Positions 9,365-21,676 of a DNA stretch of 64,000 nucleotides are shown here, in pieces. Each line of letters opens with the position of its first letter. Position 1 is the stretch's first letter. Origin of the DNA: Candidatus Heimdallarchaeota archaeon (lineage in GTDB: Archaea; Asgardarchaeota; Heimdallarchaeia; Heimdallarchaeales; Heimdallarchaeaceae); contig JAAFKI010000182.1 of NCBI GenBank assembly GCA_021399345.1, positions 1-64,000 on the forward strand, read 5' to 3'. The notes beneath the pieces were generated by a model. The model searched no databases and was not told where the DNA came from. It worked only from the letters and a program-made list of their open reading frames with translations. The position numbers and the translations under genes were made by a program.

Positions 9365-11185
9365 GTGTGTGATAAAATGTCAAAGGTAATAGATGCAGCT
9401 AGTGGTAAGAGATTGAGAAGTCCTATTGCCGTTATTTTAGGGCACGTAGATTCAGGTAAAACAAGTTTGTTAGATATTGTGAGAGGGACAGCAGTTCAAG
9501 CGAGAGAAGCTTCAGGTATAACCCAACATGTTGGGGCATCTTTCTTTCCATCTCAAACAATAATTGATGTTTGTGGACCACTTCTCAAAAAAGCAACTAT
9601 TAAATTAAATATTCCTGGAATGCTGATTGTTGATACACCTGGTCACGCAGCATTTATGAATCTCAGGAAAAGAGGTGCTTCTGTTGCAGACATTGCTATA
9701 CTTGTGGTCGACTGCCTTAGGGGTTTTCAGGCTCAAACTTATGAATCTCTTGATATTTTACGTGCTCGTAAAACACCTTTCATTATTGCTGCAAATAAAA
9801 TTGATAGAATCTCTTCTTGGAAATCTATTCCTGGAGCTACTTTTGCTGAAACTTATTCCAAGCAAATTCCAAAAGCAAAAGAGGATATGGATAATAGAAT
9901 CTATGATATCATGGGTGAATTATCTGCATTGAGGATGGAAGGTTTCAGATATGATCAGGTTAAGGACTTCAAAAAAGCTATTGCTATTGTTCCAACTAGT
10001 GCTAAAACTGGTGAAGGAATACCAGATTTGTTCTTAGTGTTAGCTGGATTAACACAGCAATTTATGATGCAAAAACTAGAATATAGTGAAGGACCTGGAA
10101 TAGGTACAGTTCTAGAAGTAAAAGATGAAGAAGGATTAGGAACAACAATTGATGTCATTCTTTATGATGGTGTGATAAAGAAGACGGATAAAATCGTTGT
10201 TGGGGGAAGAGAAAAACCTGCCTTGTTAAAGATTCGTGCTCTTCTTGAACCCAAAGAACTAGATGAAATGAGAGATCCAAAAGATAAATTCAAAGGAGTA
10301 GACAAGATTTATGCCTCAGCTGGTGTTAAAATTGCAGCACACGGTCTTGAGGATGCTTTAGCTGGAGCTCCATTACGAGTAGCACCTGTAGGCAAAGAAG
10401 ATGAAGTATTCAAAGAAGTTGAAGCAGAATTAGAAAGCTTTAGAATAGAGACAAAAACCAATGGAGTTATTCTAAAAGTAGACACCTTGGGAAGTTTAGA
10501 AGCATTAGTAGATATGATAAAAGAGAAAAATATTCCTATTCAGAAAGCTGATATCGGTGATGTCACAAAGATTGACGTAATTGACGCATCAATAGTCGCA
10601 AACAAAACACCTGAATTTGCTGCAATTCTCTGTTTTAATGTAGATGTACTTCCAGATGCACAAGAGGAAGTAGAGGTTAATGGAATCCAAGTATTTAATG
10701 AAAGAGTCATTTACAATCTTATTGATAGTTTTGAAAGATGGATGATTGATACAAAAGATGCTATTAAATCTGAATCTCTTAAAGATTTAACAATGCCTGG
10801 TAAAATAACCATTTTGCCTAACCACACTTTCCGAGCAAACAAACCTGCTATTGTTGGTGTAAAGGTTGTGGGCGGTCGTATTCAAACTACTCAAATGCTT
10901 ATACGTGAAGATGGACAGAGGGTAGGAAGAATTCGTCAAATACAAGATAATCAGGAAACAATTAGAGAAGCTTCTAAAGGGAAACAAGTCGCTATTTCTA
11001 TTAGAGGTCCTACTGTTGGGAGACAGATCAAAGAAGAGGATTCATTATTTGTTGATGTTCCTGAGAAACATGCTGTTTTGCTTATGAAAAGATTTAGTGA
11101 AATGATTTCCCCAGACGATATAAAAGTGCTTGAGGAATTTGCAGAGATTAAGAGGAAAAATGTGAGTAAATTTTGGGGTTGGTAA
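9365..11185 (+). CDS. infB: translation initiation factor aIF5B (IF-2)
   Basis: LRSPI..LGHVDSGKTSLLD, DTPGH, NKID, SAKTGEG; no intein-sized insertion. Confidence 0.97.
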   Translation: MCDKMSKVIDAASGKRLRSPIAVILGHVDSGKTSLLDIVRGTAVQAREASGITQHVGASFFPSQTIIDVCGPLLKKATIKLNIPGMLIVDTPGHAAFMNLRKRGASVADIAILVVDCLRGFQAQTYESLDILRARKTPFIIAANKIDRISSWKSIPGATFAETYSKQIPKAKEDMDNRIYDIMGELSALRMEGFRYDQVKDFKKAIAIVPTSAKTGEGIPDLFLVLAGLTQQFMMQKLEYSEGPGIGTVLEVKDEEGLGTTIDVILYDGVIKKTDKIVVGGREKPALLKIRALLEPKELDEMRDPKDKFKGVDKIYASAGVKIAAHGLEDALAGAPLRVAPVGKEDEVFKEVEAELESFRIETKTNGVILKVDTLGSLEALVDMIKEKNIPIQKADIGDVTKIDVIDASIVANKTPEFAAILCFNVDVLPDAQEEVEVNGIQVFNERVIYNLIDSFERWMIDTKDAIKSESLKDLTMPGKITILPNHTFRANKPAIVGVKVVGGRIQTTQMLIREDGQRVGRIRQIQDNQETIREASKGKQVAISIRGPTVGRQIKEEDSLFVDVPEKHAVLLMKRFSEMISPDDIKVLEEFAEIKRKNVSKFWGW

Positions 11186-11290
11186 ATTTCCGTGTTAAAT
11201 TTATTTGACTTAATAGAATTTTTCTTTTAACTGGGTAATCTATTTTTTAATAGTACTTAGTACATTCTTGAGCAACCTTTTGTGGTATTT

Positions 11291-12646
11291 TTACTCATTA
11301 GAGTATTTTTTCCACCAGTTTTCTACGAATTCTACACTCTCTTTTTTCTTCAAACCATATCTTCTATGTGGTTTTACTAGGTGTCTTTGAGCTTGTGCAG
11401 GAGGAATTAATAATTCTCTCTGAATTTCTCGTGCAATTTTAGTTTTTACCTTGGGAATATTTGAATCTTTAAAGCCACATTTCTTACATTTATGACCCTT
11501 ATTTAGTCCAGCACTGGTCATTCTCTTGTTGCATTTAGGACACAAAGGTGAGGTTTCATAATAATGATCAGAGATAAAAATGATTTCACATTTTTCTAAT
11601 TGAATTGTATGGGTTTCATGTTTTTGATTATATTTCACTCCCCCATATGCGGTAATTTTGTCTCCTGGTAGAAGTTCACTTATTTTTCGTTTGAAGCTTT
11701 TACTTGGTTCAAAGGCTGCAATATCAACTAATTTCTTGCTTTTCTCAATAATCCCTTGTAAAATTACGTGACCACCTAGAAGAACCCTAGGTTTACTGGT
11801 GATTTCAATATCTCCTTTAAATACTCGATAATTTTCTATACTTTCATCTGCATATTTGAAATGCTGATCAGTTCCTTGGTTTGTTCTGAAAATACAATAA
11901 GCATCTAAGGGTTCCAATGTTTTAACAATAGATAAAGCTTCTAGCATCTTTTCAGCTTCTTCTCCTCTAATACCATAAAAGACTGGATCTGGTCCAGCTG
12001 GACATATCAAAACCTTGTTTGTCTCTTCATCAATATTATTGAAGACTTCGGGGGTTAATTTCTTATCCATCTCATAAACAGATTCTTTGTTCAATCTTCT
12101 TTTTGTTCCAAGTAAATCAGATGATCTGTATGTTAATATCTCATAGGTAAAATCTTCATTTCTTGGATTCAGAGTATTACCAATAGCAGCAAGTCCTCCA
12201 ATTAAACCTCTACCATTTCCGATAAAGTAATGATCGAAACAGTGACTGGTAGCAATATCTTTTGCTTCTTCAATCAGGAGTACTTCAATTAATGCTCTCT
12301 TTGAGAATTCTTTAATGATTTCAGGTATGTTTCCTTTTACTACTACTAATCCTGGGTTTGTATTTTCATCTGGTAGATAATAACTCTCAATAGATTTCTT
12401 GATGGTAACAATTACTTGATCAACCTCTTCCTCTGCTGTTTTTATTGTGAACCCTATTGCTCCATTTCCTCTAGTTTTCCATGGGACATTTGGATTATTC
12501 CTGATAAGTCTGGGGTAATCCAAAAAAGTGACTCGACCATCAATTTCTTCAATTATTATTGTTGCTAGATGAGTTGTACAGCTTCCTTGAAGAGAATCTG
12601 TGTCATCAAAGCCAATATGAAGAATAGTGTCCCTTTGTAAAGTCAA
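11291..12646 (-). CDS. tiaS: tRNA(Ile2) agmatinylcytidine synthase
   Basis: GFDDTDS..GSCTT, NPNVPWKTRGNGA, RTNQGTD, C-terminal CPKC/CKKC ribbon, RHLVKP. Confidence 0.95.
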   Translation of the reverse strand: MTLQRDTILHIGFDDTDSLQGSCTTHLATIIIEEIDGRVTFLDYPRLIRNNPNVPWKTRGNGAIGFTIKTAEEEVDQVIVTIKKSIESYYLPDENTNPGLVVVKGNIPEIIKEFSKRALIEVLLIEEAKDIATSHCFDHYFIGNGRGLIGGLAAIGNTLNPRNEDFTYEILTYRSSDLLGTKRRLNKESVYEMDKKLTPEVFNNIDEETNKVLICPAGPDPVFYGIRGEEAEKMLEALSIVKTLEPLDAYCIFRTNQGTDQHFKYADESIENYRVFKGDIEITSKPRVLLGGHVILQGIIEKSKKLVDIAAFEPSKSFKRKISELLPGDKITAYGGVKYNQKHETHTIQLEKCEIIFISDHYYETSPLCPKCNKRMTSAGLNKGHKCKKCGFKDSNIPKVKTKIAREIQRELLIPPAQAQRHLVKPHRRYGLKKKESVEFVENWWKKYSNE

Positions 12647-12686
12647 CTTAATCCAAAGTAGAGATTAATTTGAGTAATATAAAAAA

Positions 12687-13418
12687 TTAGATAGAATACC
12701 AAACTTCGCCTCTTCTATCTTTCTCATATTTAATGAATTCAGTTTCATTAGCTAAGTGGTCTAATCGGCTACCCAAATCTCCTCTCCACATTCTCATTAG
12801 ACTAGCAAGCTCAGTTAATGAAACTTTATTTTCTGGCTTGTTTAGTAAAATCTTGAATATACTTCGAATTATATCTCTATCATGATAATCATAAACTGTT
12901 TTCTCAACTAAATCATTGAATCTAATGTAAGCCTTGTTTATCTCTTGAATAAAGACCTTTCTTTCTGAATCAAGCTTTTGGATATCTATAATGTTTTCTT
13001 TTACGCAATCTCTGATATCAGCGAGCTCTTTCGAAATCTGTATTTTAAGCTCTTGTTTCTTCTTAGATTCTTCTTTTGAGGAGTCTTGAGCAGCTTCACT
13101 TGTAGAAAAATAGTTTACATTAAAGGTATTTTGACCTACATCGATGATTAAAGAAAAGGCTTGATTCAACTTTGCATATTTTCTTGTAGGACCTTTATCA
13201 CTCACCCTTTCCACCATTGATACAATGCCTATATTTTCAAGCTCAGCTAGATATTTTGCAATAATCCTTGGAGAAACACCTAACAATCGAGAAAGCTGAA
13301 AAGAATAAAGATCTTCTTCTGATAATAATTCGAGAATTTTTCTTCTAGTAGAATTTGATAAAAAGTCTAAAATCTCAAAAACATCTAACTCTTGGTCATC
13401 TTCTGTGTTCCCTAGCAT
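12687..13418 (-). CDS. ArsR-type wHTH transcription regulator (Phr/HSR1-like heat-shock regulator)
   Basis: LSNSTRRKILELL...QLSRLLGVS..IIAKYLAELE wHTH plus coiled coil; last gene of hsp20-cdc48 run. Confidence 0.8.
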   Translation of the reverse strand: MLGNTEDDQELDVFEILDFLSNSTRRKILELLSEEDLYSFQLSRLLGVSPRIIAKYLAELENIGIVSMVERVSDKGPTRKYAKLNQAFSLIIDVGQNTFNVNYFSTSEAAQDSSKEESKKKQELKIQISKELADIRDCVKENIIDIQKLDSERKVFIQEINKAYIRFNDLVEKTVYDYHDRDIIRSIFKILLNKPENKVSLTELASLMRMWRGDLGSRLDHLANETEFIKYEKDRRGEVWYSI

Positions 13419-13448
13419 TTTTTCACCTCAACAAAGCAGGAAAAGGGA

Positions 13449-15692
<2,244 letters not shown>

Positions 15693-15706
15693 TCATAAAT
15701 GTAAAA

Positions 15707-16381
15707 TTAGTTAATGGGAATATCTGTACCATTCCCATTTTCGGTTTCCAGCAGTTTAAGCTTTACTTCTAGAATGCCGTTTTTCATAGTTGCGGAGATT
15801 TTTTTCTCCTTATCAATACTATATTGAATAGGGATTTTTGTGTCGATTTGTTTCTTACCATTATCTGCTTCTAGTTTTAATCCTTGTTTGACAAATTTTA
15901 ACTTAACATGTTCCTTAGCAAAACCTGGAAGCTCAACAATTAGATATAACTCTTTGTTGTTTTTATCGACTTGAAGATCATAAGCTGTTTCATATTCGTT
16001 ATCCTCTTTTTGAATAGGTGTGGCTATAGTTTCCTCAGTACCACTGACAAGTCTTGGACGACCAAAATTCCCAATCAAACGATCTAAACCTGGGAAAATA
16101 TTGGCAAATCTCTCAAAAGAACGGGTGAAAAAATCATTATCCAAATTAAAAGATCTTTCAAGACTATGAATTTTATCGAAGAGTTCTTTACCATATTTGT
16201 CAGGAATCTCCCCTAATTCACTATATTCTTCTTTTCCTTCAGCGTCACGTTTGTAGTCATATCCATACTCTTTTTCAACTCCATTAACATTGGAGTAGAA
16301 ACGAACAGTTCTGAATTCCTCATTAATACCTTCTGGGAATTCATCTTTATCTCTCTCTTTCTTGTCTTTCATTATAATCAC
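15707..16381 (-). CDS. small heat-shock protein Hsp20
   Basis: C-terminal alpha-crystallin domain (IVELPG, ATMKNGILEVKL) and terminal IPI motif; ATG at 16372 likely. Confidence 0.88.
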   Translation of the reverse strand: MIIMKDKKERDKDEFPEGINEEFRTVRFYSNVNGVEKEYGYDYKRDAEGKEEYSELGEIPDKYGKELFDKIHSLERSFNLDNDFFTRSFERFANIFPGLDRLIGNFGRPRLVSGTEETIATPIQKEDNEYETAYDLQVDKNNKELYLIVELPGFAKEHVKLKFVKQGLKLEADNGKKQIDTKIPIQYSIDKEKKISATMKNGILEVKLKLLETENGNGTDIPIN

Positions 16382-16389
16382 TTTAAATT

Positions 16390-16462
16390 GAAAGTATTTT
16401 ACTTTCGGTATTGGACTTTCTGTTCAATACTAAAAGTCTCATACTGATATATAAATCTTTCT
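16390..16462 (-). promoter_or_regulatory. hsp20 operon promoter with two inverted repeats (candidate repressor operators)
   Basis: Minus-strand AGAAAGATTTATATA (BRE/TATA) near 16448-16462; GAAAGTA-ttt-TACTTTC at 16390-16406; GTATTGGAC-n5-GTTCAATAC at 16408-16430. Confidence 0.55.
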
Positions 16463-16572
16463 CTTATACCTTTTGTCTTTATGGCTAATAATTCATATTT
16501 TTAATAGTCTATTGACTATACTTATAGTTTATATTCTGAAATCTTTTTGTTCATATTATACGAGGAATAAAG

Positions 16573-17157
16573 ATGGAAGCTAAAAGGTGTTGGGGGGATA
16601 AAGATGATCTCTCTAGAGATTACCACGACAATGAATGGGGAACTCCAGTTTATGATGATACAATATTATTTGAGTTTATAATTTTAGAAGGAGCACAAGC
16701 TGGATTAAACTGGATGACTATACTAAGACGAAGAGAAGGTTATAGAAAAGCTTTCAATGGTTTCGATTTCAATAAAATAGCCAAATATAACGAGAAGGAT
16801 GTTGAAAGGTTATTACAAGATGAAGGAATAATCAGAAATAAATTAAAGATTAACTCTACTATTCTCAACGCTCAAGTCTTTCTCAGGATACGTGAGGAAT
16901 TTGGAACCTTTAGTAATTATATCTGGGAATTTGTGGATAACAAGCCCATAAACAACAACGTAAAATCATGGAAAGAAGTTCCTGTTACAACAGAAATTTC
17001 AGATAAAATATCAAAGGATCTGAAAAAAAGAGGAATGAAGTTTGTTGGAAGCACCATTATCTACGCTTTTATGCAAGCTGTTGGTATGGTAAACGATCAC
17101 TTGGTGGATTGTTTTAAGCATAAAGAAATAACTACAAAACCTTATGAATTTAACTAG
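16573..17157 (+). CDS. tag: DNA-3-methyladenine glycosylase I
   Basis: RCW, YHDNEWG, LEGAQAGLNW, IIRNKLKI, KFVGSTIIYAFMQAVGMVNDHLVDC. Confidence 0.96.
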   Translation: MEAKRCWGDKDDLSRDYHDNEWGTPVYDDTILFEFIILEGAQAGLNWMTILRRREGYRKAFNGFDFNKIAKYNEKDVERLLQDEGIIRNKLKINSTILNAQVFLRIREEFGTFSNYIWEFVDNKPINNNVKSWKEVPVTTEISDKISKDLKKRGMKFVGSTIIYAFMQAVGMVNDHLVDCFKHKEITTKPYEFN

Positions 17158-17184
17158 ATTGATTCTAGAACTTTTTTTCTCTAG

Positions 17185-17850
17185 TTACTCTAAAGGTTCT
17201 TTGAGCTTTGAGTAAATAGCACTCAGTCTTTCATAGAACCCCTTTGTATGATAAGTATGAGTAAGTTTCAATTCATACTTATCATAATGATGTCCCCATT
17301 CGTGAATCAATGTTCTAAGAAATGTTTTTGGTGCTACATACTTCTTGGTTTTAGCCGTCCTACTGTAAACAGAGATTGAATGTCTTTGATTTTCCCCTCC
17401 CCGAGTCTTATAAACTCCATAATATTGCCCCCCTCGTCTTGTTAAGCGTCTTTTACCTCCTGTATACACATGTAAATGAGGTAATTTATAGGTTCTGTTT
17501 AACTCAGCAAGTGTCTCATTTGCATAGTTATTAATTGCTTCTTCATCTCCATTTTTCAAGGCTTCAGCAAGAAATTTTACTGCAACTTGCAGAACCTTAG
17601 CACTCCCTCTAGGTAAAGAATTAATAGTTGTTTCCAGAGATTTTTTGTAATCCTTGGCCTGGGAAGCAGACCAGTTTCTAGTTTTAGTCTTTGGTTTTGG
17701 AGGTTTCATTGTGGGAGTCAATAATGAATAGGGAACTCTAAATGTATGAGATTCTGTTTTTACTGTAACCGTTTTCTTGTTCTTCCTTACAATACTTCCA
17801 TGAAGAATTTCGCCTTTATATGGAAAACTTACAATTTTGATCTCATTCAT
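17185..17850 (-). CDS. basic SprT/WLM-like zinc metalloprotease with N-terminal SH3-like beta domain
   Basis: RTLIHEWGHHYD...HTKGFY (HExxH plus third His); Lys/Arg-rich. Confidence 0.7.
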   Translation of the reverse strand: MNEIKIVSFPYKGEILHGSIVRKNKKTVTVKTESHTFRVPYSLLTPTMKPPKPKTKTRNWSASQAKDYKKSLETTINSLPRGSAKVLQVAVKFLAEALKNGDEEAINNYANETLAELNRTYKLPHLHVYTGGKRRLTRRGGQYYGVYKTRGGENQRHSISVYSRTAKTKKYVAPKTFLRTLIHEWGHHYDKYELKLTHTYHTKGFYERLSAIYSKLKEPLE

Positions 17851-17919
17851 AAACTATCTCTCGTACAAGCCCTTCTATTATGTTTTTAGTTTCTGTAATT
17901 CTCAAATGATATTGTCATC

Positions 17920-18984
17920 TCACTCTATTAAAAGTGATTGAATTAATTCATTGAATCTGGGGATTGAAATGCCAGCAATATCTTTGACCAACTTAGCAAC
18001 ATATTCCAAATGGAAAGCTGTTTCTTTGATCTGTTGTTTTGTTTCATCCCTTATACCTGCTATTTCCGATTCTTGTTCTAGAAAAATGAACATATCCATA
18101 ATTCTCCTTGTAGCAGCTAGAATCTCAAAGTATTCTATATCTTGTACTTCTGACCCCAATATTTCTTCATAAAACTTCAAAACCATATCTCGAATTTCCT
18201 TGGATGTGTACGCACCTGTTAACAGCAATGTCCAAGCAAGATCTTGACGAAAATCACCAACAAAACATGCTGGCCAATCAATTACGTATGCTTTGTCTTC
18301 TTCTGAAATAATGATATTATGAGGATGATAATCATTATGAAGTATTGAAATCCTCTCAAATTTTAAAGTGTGTTTTTTCTCTTTGAGCCATTGAAAAATG
18401 GGATTTAAATCCTGAAGTTGAAATTTTTCAACCCTTTTTCCAGAATTTTTTATTAATCTATCCAGTAAGTAACTAGGAGTTATTTCTATTTCTGATTCAA
18501 AATCTATTGGAAGTATTTTCCAATCCAAATTATGAAGTTCCACGAATAGTTTTGTTTGTATAGGAAGAATTTCATTTGTGATTTTTTCTAAATTTCCTTC
18601 TTGCAAGGCTTTGGTAAAATCATCCCCCATATCCTTACCACTAATTCTATCCATAATGATAAAGGGGTATTCGAAATATTCTAAATCCAACTCAAGAACA
18701 TGAGTTTCTGGTACAGGGTATCCTGCCTTAAACAAAGATGTTAGGACCTCAAATTCCCATTTTGTTTTCTTTTCGACATTACTACCTGGATAAATTCTGA
18801 GAATTAGTTGCTTTTTCATAGAATCTCCCTCTTCTATGTATTTGTATTTAAAAGAAAATAGCTCTGTTTCCCAACCCTTTGCAAGTGATGTTATTTCTGA
18901 TATTCTACTTTCTCTCCTTTCTGGGAATTTATTCTCAAAATATCTAGTAAGATTTTCTTCAATTGATAAAACTGATAAAGGCAT
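17920..18984 (-). CDS. aminoglycoside phosphotransferase/choline kinase-like phosphotransferase
   Basis: LHNDYHPHNII and VIDW motifs; protein is on the MINUS strand (TCA at 17920-17922 = stop, CAT at 18982-18984) although the track labels it +. Confidence 0.85.
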   Translation of the reverse strand: MPLSVLSIEENLTRYFENKFPERRESRISEITSLAKGWETELFSFKYKYIEEGDSMKKQLILRIYPGSNVEKKTKWEFEVLTSLFKAGYPVPETHVLELDLEYFEYPFIIMDRISGKDMGDDFTKALQEGNLEKITNEILPIQTKLFVELHNLDWKILPIDFESEIEITPSYLLDRLIKNSGKRVEKFQLQDLNPIFQWLKEKKHTLKFERISILHNDYHPHNIIISEEDKAYVIDWPACFVGDFRQDLAWTLLLTGAYTSKEIRDMVLKFYEEILGSEVQDIEYFEILAATRRIMDMFIFLEQESEIAGIRDETKQQIKETAFHLEYVAKLVKDIAGISIPRFNELIQSLLIE

Positions 18985-19042
18985 GTAAGAATCTCCAAGT
19001 GGTATTTGTTTATATACTGAAACAATTAAAAAAAATTGTGAT

Positions 19043-19567
19043 ATGATGAAAATAGTAATTTCCAAAAATAAAGAAAATTGGGCAGGGATTCTGTTAAATG
19101 AAGAAAAACTATACTACTCCCATTCTTCGTTTAAAAACAAGAAAGATGCTATTTCCTATTTGTCAAAAATTGTTGATGAAGATGTAAGTGTTGAAGAAAA
19201 TGAACATCCATATATCAAAGCTTTAATCGGAATTGAAAATGGAACCGATTATAATTTACCTAATATAGAATTTGATTTTACTGGTTTTACTGATAAAGAA
19301 ACAAAAGTACTCCAAACACTCTTTGAGGTTCCTGTTGGAGAAACTATTTCTTATGGGGAACTTGCCAAAAAAGCAGGTTTTCCAGGGGCTGCTCAATTCG
19401 TTGGTAATGTAATGATGAAAAACAGATTTGGTCCAATTATTCCTTGTCATCGTGTTATTCTATCTAGCGGGAAACTTGGTAAATTTGCAGGTGAAGCAAA
19501 CAATCCAAGGAAAAAACAGTTACTTAATCAAGAAAAAAGAACAAAGGGATTAGATAGTTTTCTCTAA
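19043..19567 (+). CDS. ogt: methylated-DNA--protein-cysteine methyltransferase
   Basis: VPVGETISYGELA, AAQFVG, IIPCHRVI active site. Confidence 0.93.
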   Translation: MMKIVISKNKENWAGILLNEEKLYYSHSSFKNKKDAISYLSKIVDEDVSVEENEHPYIKALIGIENGTDYNLPNIEFDFTGFTDKETKVLQTLFEVPVGETISYGELAKKAGFPGAAQFVGNVMMKNRFGPIIPCHRVILSSGKLGKFAGEANNPRKKQLLNQEKRTKGLDSFL

Positions 19568-19598
19568 TCTACTTGAGTCCTTTATCTGAAAGAGGAAA

Positions 19599-20003
19599 TT
19601 AACCCATTGAATGAACATATGTTGGTTTTATCCTTATTAGAATCCTAATTTCACCTTCAGGAAGTGGATACATATCTTTACCCATATACTTCATAGCAAG
19701 CTTGTTAATGTGATCTTCCGCTCCTTCCTGTGTCACCTCTATTATATCCCCTTGAACTCCAAGATATCTATAAGGATTAGAACTATCAAGAACACTCAAA
19801 GCAACCTTTGATCCCACTATCATATTTCTTGTTTTCTTTCGTCCCTTTGCAGTATTTACAAGAATTTCGTTTTTATTCAAATCGTAATCAATCCACATAG
19901 GAGTGACCTGGGGAGAGCCATCTGGATTTATAGTAGCGACATTAGCAATATTCTTTCCAAGAAGTAAATCTTGATTTTCTTTTGTAATGCTCATTTTCAT
20001 CAA
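19599..20003 (-). CDS. PPOX-class (probable F420/FMN-dependent) oxidoreductase
   Basis: ATINPDGSPQVTPMW, NTAKGRKKTRN, NPYRY, INKLAMKY. Confidence 0.85.
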   Translation of the reverse strand: MMKMSITKENQDLLLGKNIANVATINPDGSPQVTPMWIDYDLNKNEILVNTAKGRKKTRNMIVGSKVALSVLDSSNPYRYLGVQGDIIEVTQEGAEDHINKLAMKYMGKDMYPLPEGEIRILIRIKPTYVHSMG

Positions 20004-20053
20004 TTCAACATTCTTAAATCAGATAATAAATCTAGTTTTTTCACAAAAAAAAC

Positions 20054-21556
20054 TCAATTATCTAAAACGAAATTTGGTTTTGGAGGTTCAGCTGCGAATC
20101 TATAAACTTTAGTCAAAGCTGTAATGATGAAAGTTGTGATAAGAAGAAAGATTCCAGATCCTGTTATTGTAATAACCAAACCAATTGAATCTGCAGTTAA
20201 ACCTGATAATGCCAAACATGCAACACTTAATACTTGTATATATGCATTCGTTGCACTATAAGCTCTTCCCCTTATTTCATTTGGAACATTTTCAGCAAAT
20301 AAAGCATTGATAGCTAGACTAAACATTCCGTTGAAAAAGCCCATAGTTAAACCTGCAAAAAGCAAAATAATGAATCCTGGATTGAAGAAAAACACAAAAT
20401 AATATCCAGCTATTGCCATTGACCCAAGCAACATTGCTCTTGGCCTCCCTATTTTTTTCTCAAATTTTCCAAAAATAAGATTTCCTAAAATTGACCCTAA
20501 GGCACTACTCGCTCCAAGATAACCATATTGTTTATCAGAGAGATTTCTCAAAATTTCCATAAATGAAAATTGATAATTTTCGAAAACCGCTCCGAAGTAA
20601 TGTGTAGCTAAATATGCAGGATTAGCTCCTCTGAATACAGTTGATGGAACATTGAAATACTGAATTGCTACAGCGTTATGTTTTATTTCATAGAGATATG
20701 GGAGCAGAAGCGGTCCAGCAAATGCTGTTCCAATTATCAAGAAAGTAAATAAGAAAATTAACAGTCTAACAGTTGGATGTTTTATTAAAAACGCGAATCC
20801 ATCCTTCAAATCACTGAAAACTAATTTGAAACTTATTTTTTCTTTCTTTTCTCTTGATGCTGAAGGTATAGTTGTAAAGTAAATAATCACAGCTGAAACG
20901 AAGAAACAACCACTTGTTATCCAGAATGTTTGTTCTCCTAATAAAACGTAAATTGGTGCAGCAAAAATTGGTCCAAGCACGGCTAATGTTTGAAAGACTA
21001 ATTGGCTGAGGGATATAGCTTTGACATAAAGTCTCATTCCTGTTATCTCAGGTATTGCTGCAGAACGGGGAGCAACAAAGGTAGCGGATGCAGCACCGAG
21101 AATGAAAGTAATAACTACCACACCATAAATAATTGTGTTGGTTGAAAAGACATAAGGGAGGAGTGGAAGCATTATAATAGATACCCCTCTTACTATATCT
21201 GCTCCAATCATGATTGCTTTTCGACTTACTCTATCTGCAAAAACACCTGCAATGGGACCGATAATTATCCATGGAATGGTTTGAGCTGCTAGGACTAATG
21301 TCATAGCTGTAGCTGATCCTGTCATACGATAGACAAAAAACATGATAGATATTCTAAATATTGCATCACCAAAATTGCTAAAGAATTGACCGGTCAACAA
21401 TTTCATGAAATCTTTATTTTTAAATACTTCCAAGTACGTAGGATCAGCTTCAGGAGAACTTATTACTTCAGTTGTTGGTTCAGAAGAAATCCCCTCTTCT
21501 AATGGAGATTTAGATTTATTTGGTGGGTCTGTTCCATCAGTATTCAAGATTTCCAC
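20054..21556 (-). CDS. MFS transporter (H+ antiporter-like)
   Basis: GQFFSNFGD, GVFADRVSRKAIM motif A, about 12 TM. Confidence 0.9.
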   Translation of the reverse strand: MEILNTDGTDPPNKSKSPLEEGISSEPTTEVISSPEADPTYLEVFKNKDFMKLLTGQFFSNFGDAIFRISIMFFVYRMTGSATAMTLVLAAQTIPWIIIGPIAGVFADRVSRKAIMIGADIVRGVSIIMLPLLPYVFSTNTIIYGVVVITFILGAASATFVAPRSAAIPEITGMRLYVKAISLSQLVFQTLAVLGPIFAAPIYVLLGEQTFWITSGCFFVSAVIIYFTTIPSASREKKEKISFKLVFSDLKDGFAFLIKHPTVRLLIFLFTFLIIGTAFAGPLLLPYLYEIKHNAVAIQYFNVPSTVFRGANPAYLATHYFGAVFENYQFSFMEILRNLSDKQYGYLGASSALGSILGNLIFGKFEKKIGRPRAMLLGSMAIAGYYFVFFFNPGFIILLFAGLTMGFFNGMFSLAINALFAENVPNEIRGRAYSATNAYIQVLSVACLALSGLTADSIGLVITITGSGIFLLITTFIITALTKVYRFAAEPPKPNFVLDN

Positions 21557-21676
21557 GTTCCAAAAATATATTTAACGCACTTCTAAGGAACTATATAAAT
21601 CTGATGAAATGAATAAATACAGATTATTAATTACAAGTTATTTGGGATGAGGGTCGCAAACTAAGTATTGCATAAA

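Noticed and set aside
3761-11185. Isoprenoid genes (GGR, mvk, ipk) embedded among ribosomal/RNAP genes
   Set aside because: Known conserved archaeal gene neighbourhood, not novel
21601-21665. CTGATGA followed by GAAA-like sequence (hammerhead or box C candidate)
   Set aside because: No supporting stems and no properly spaced box D
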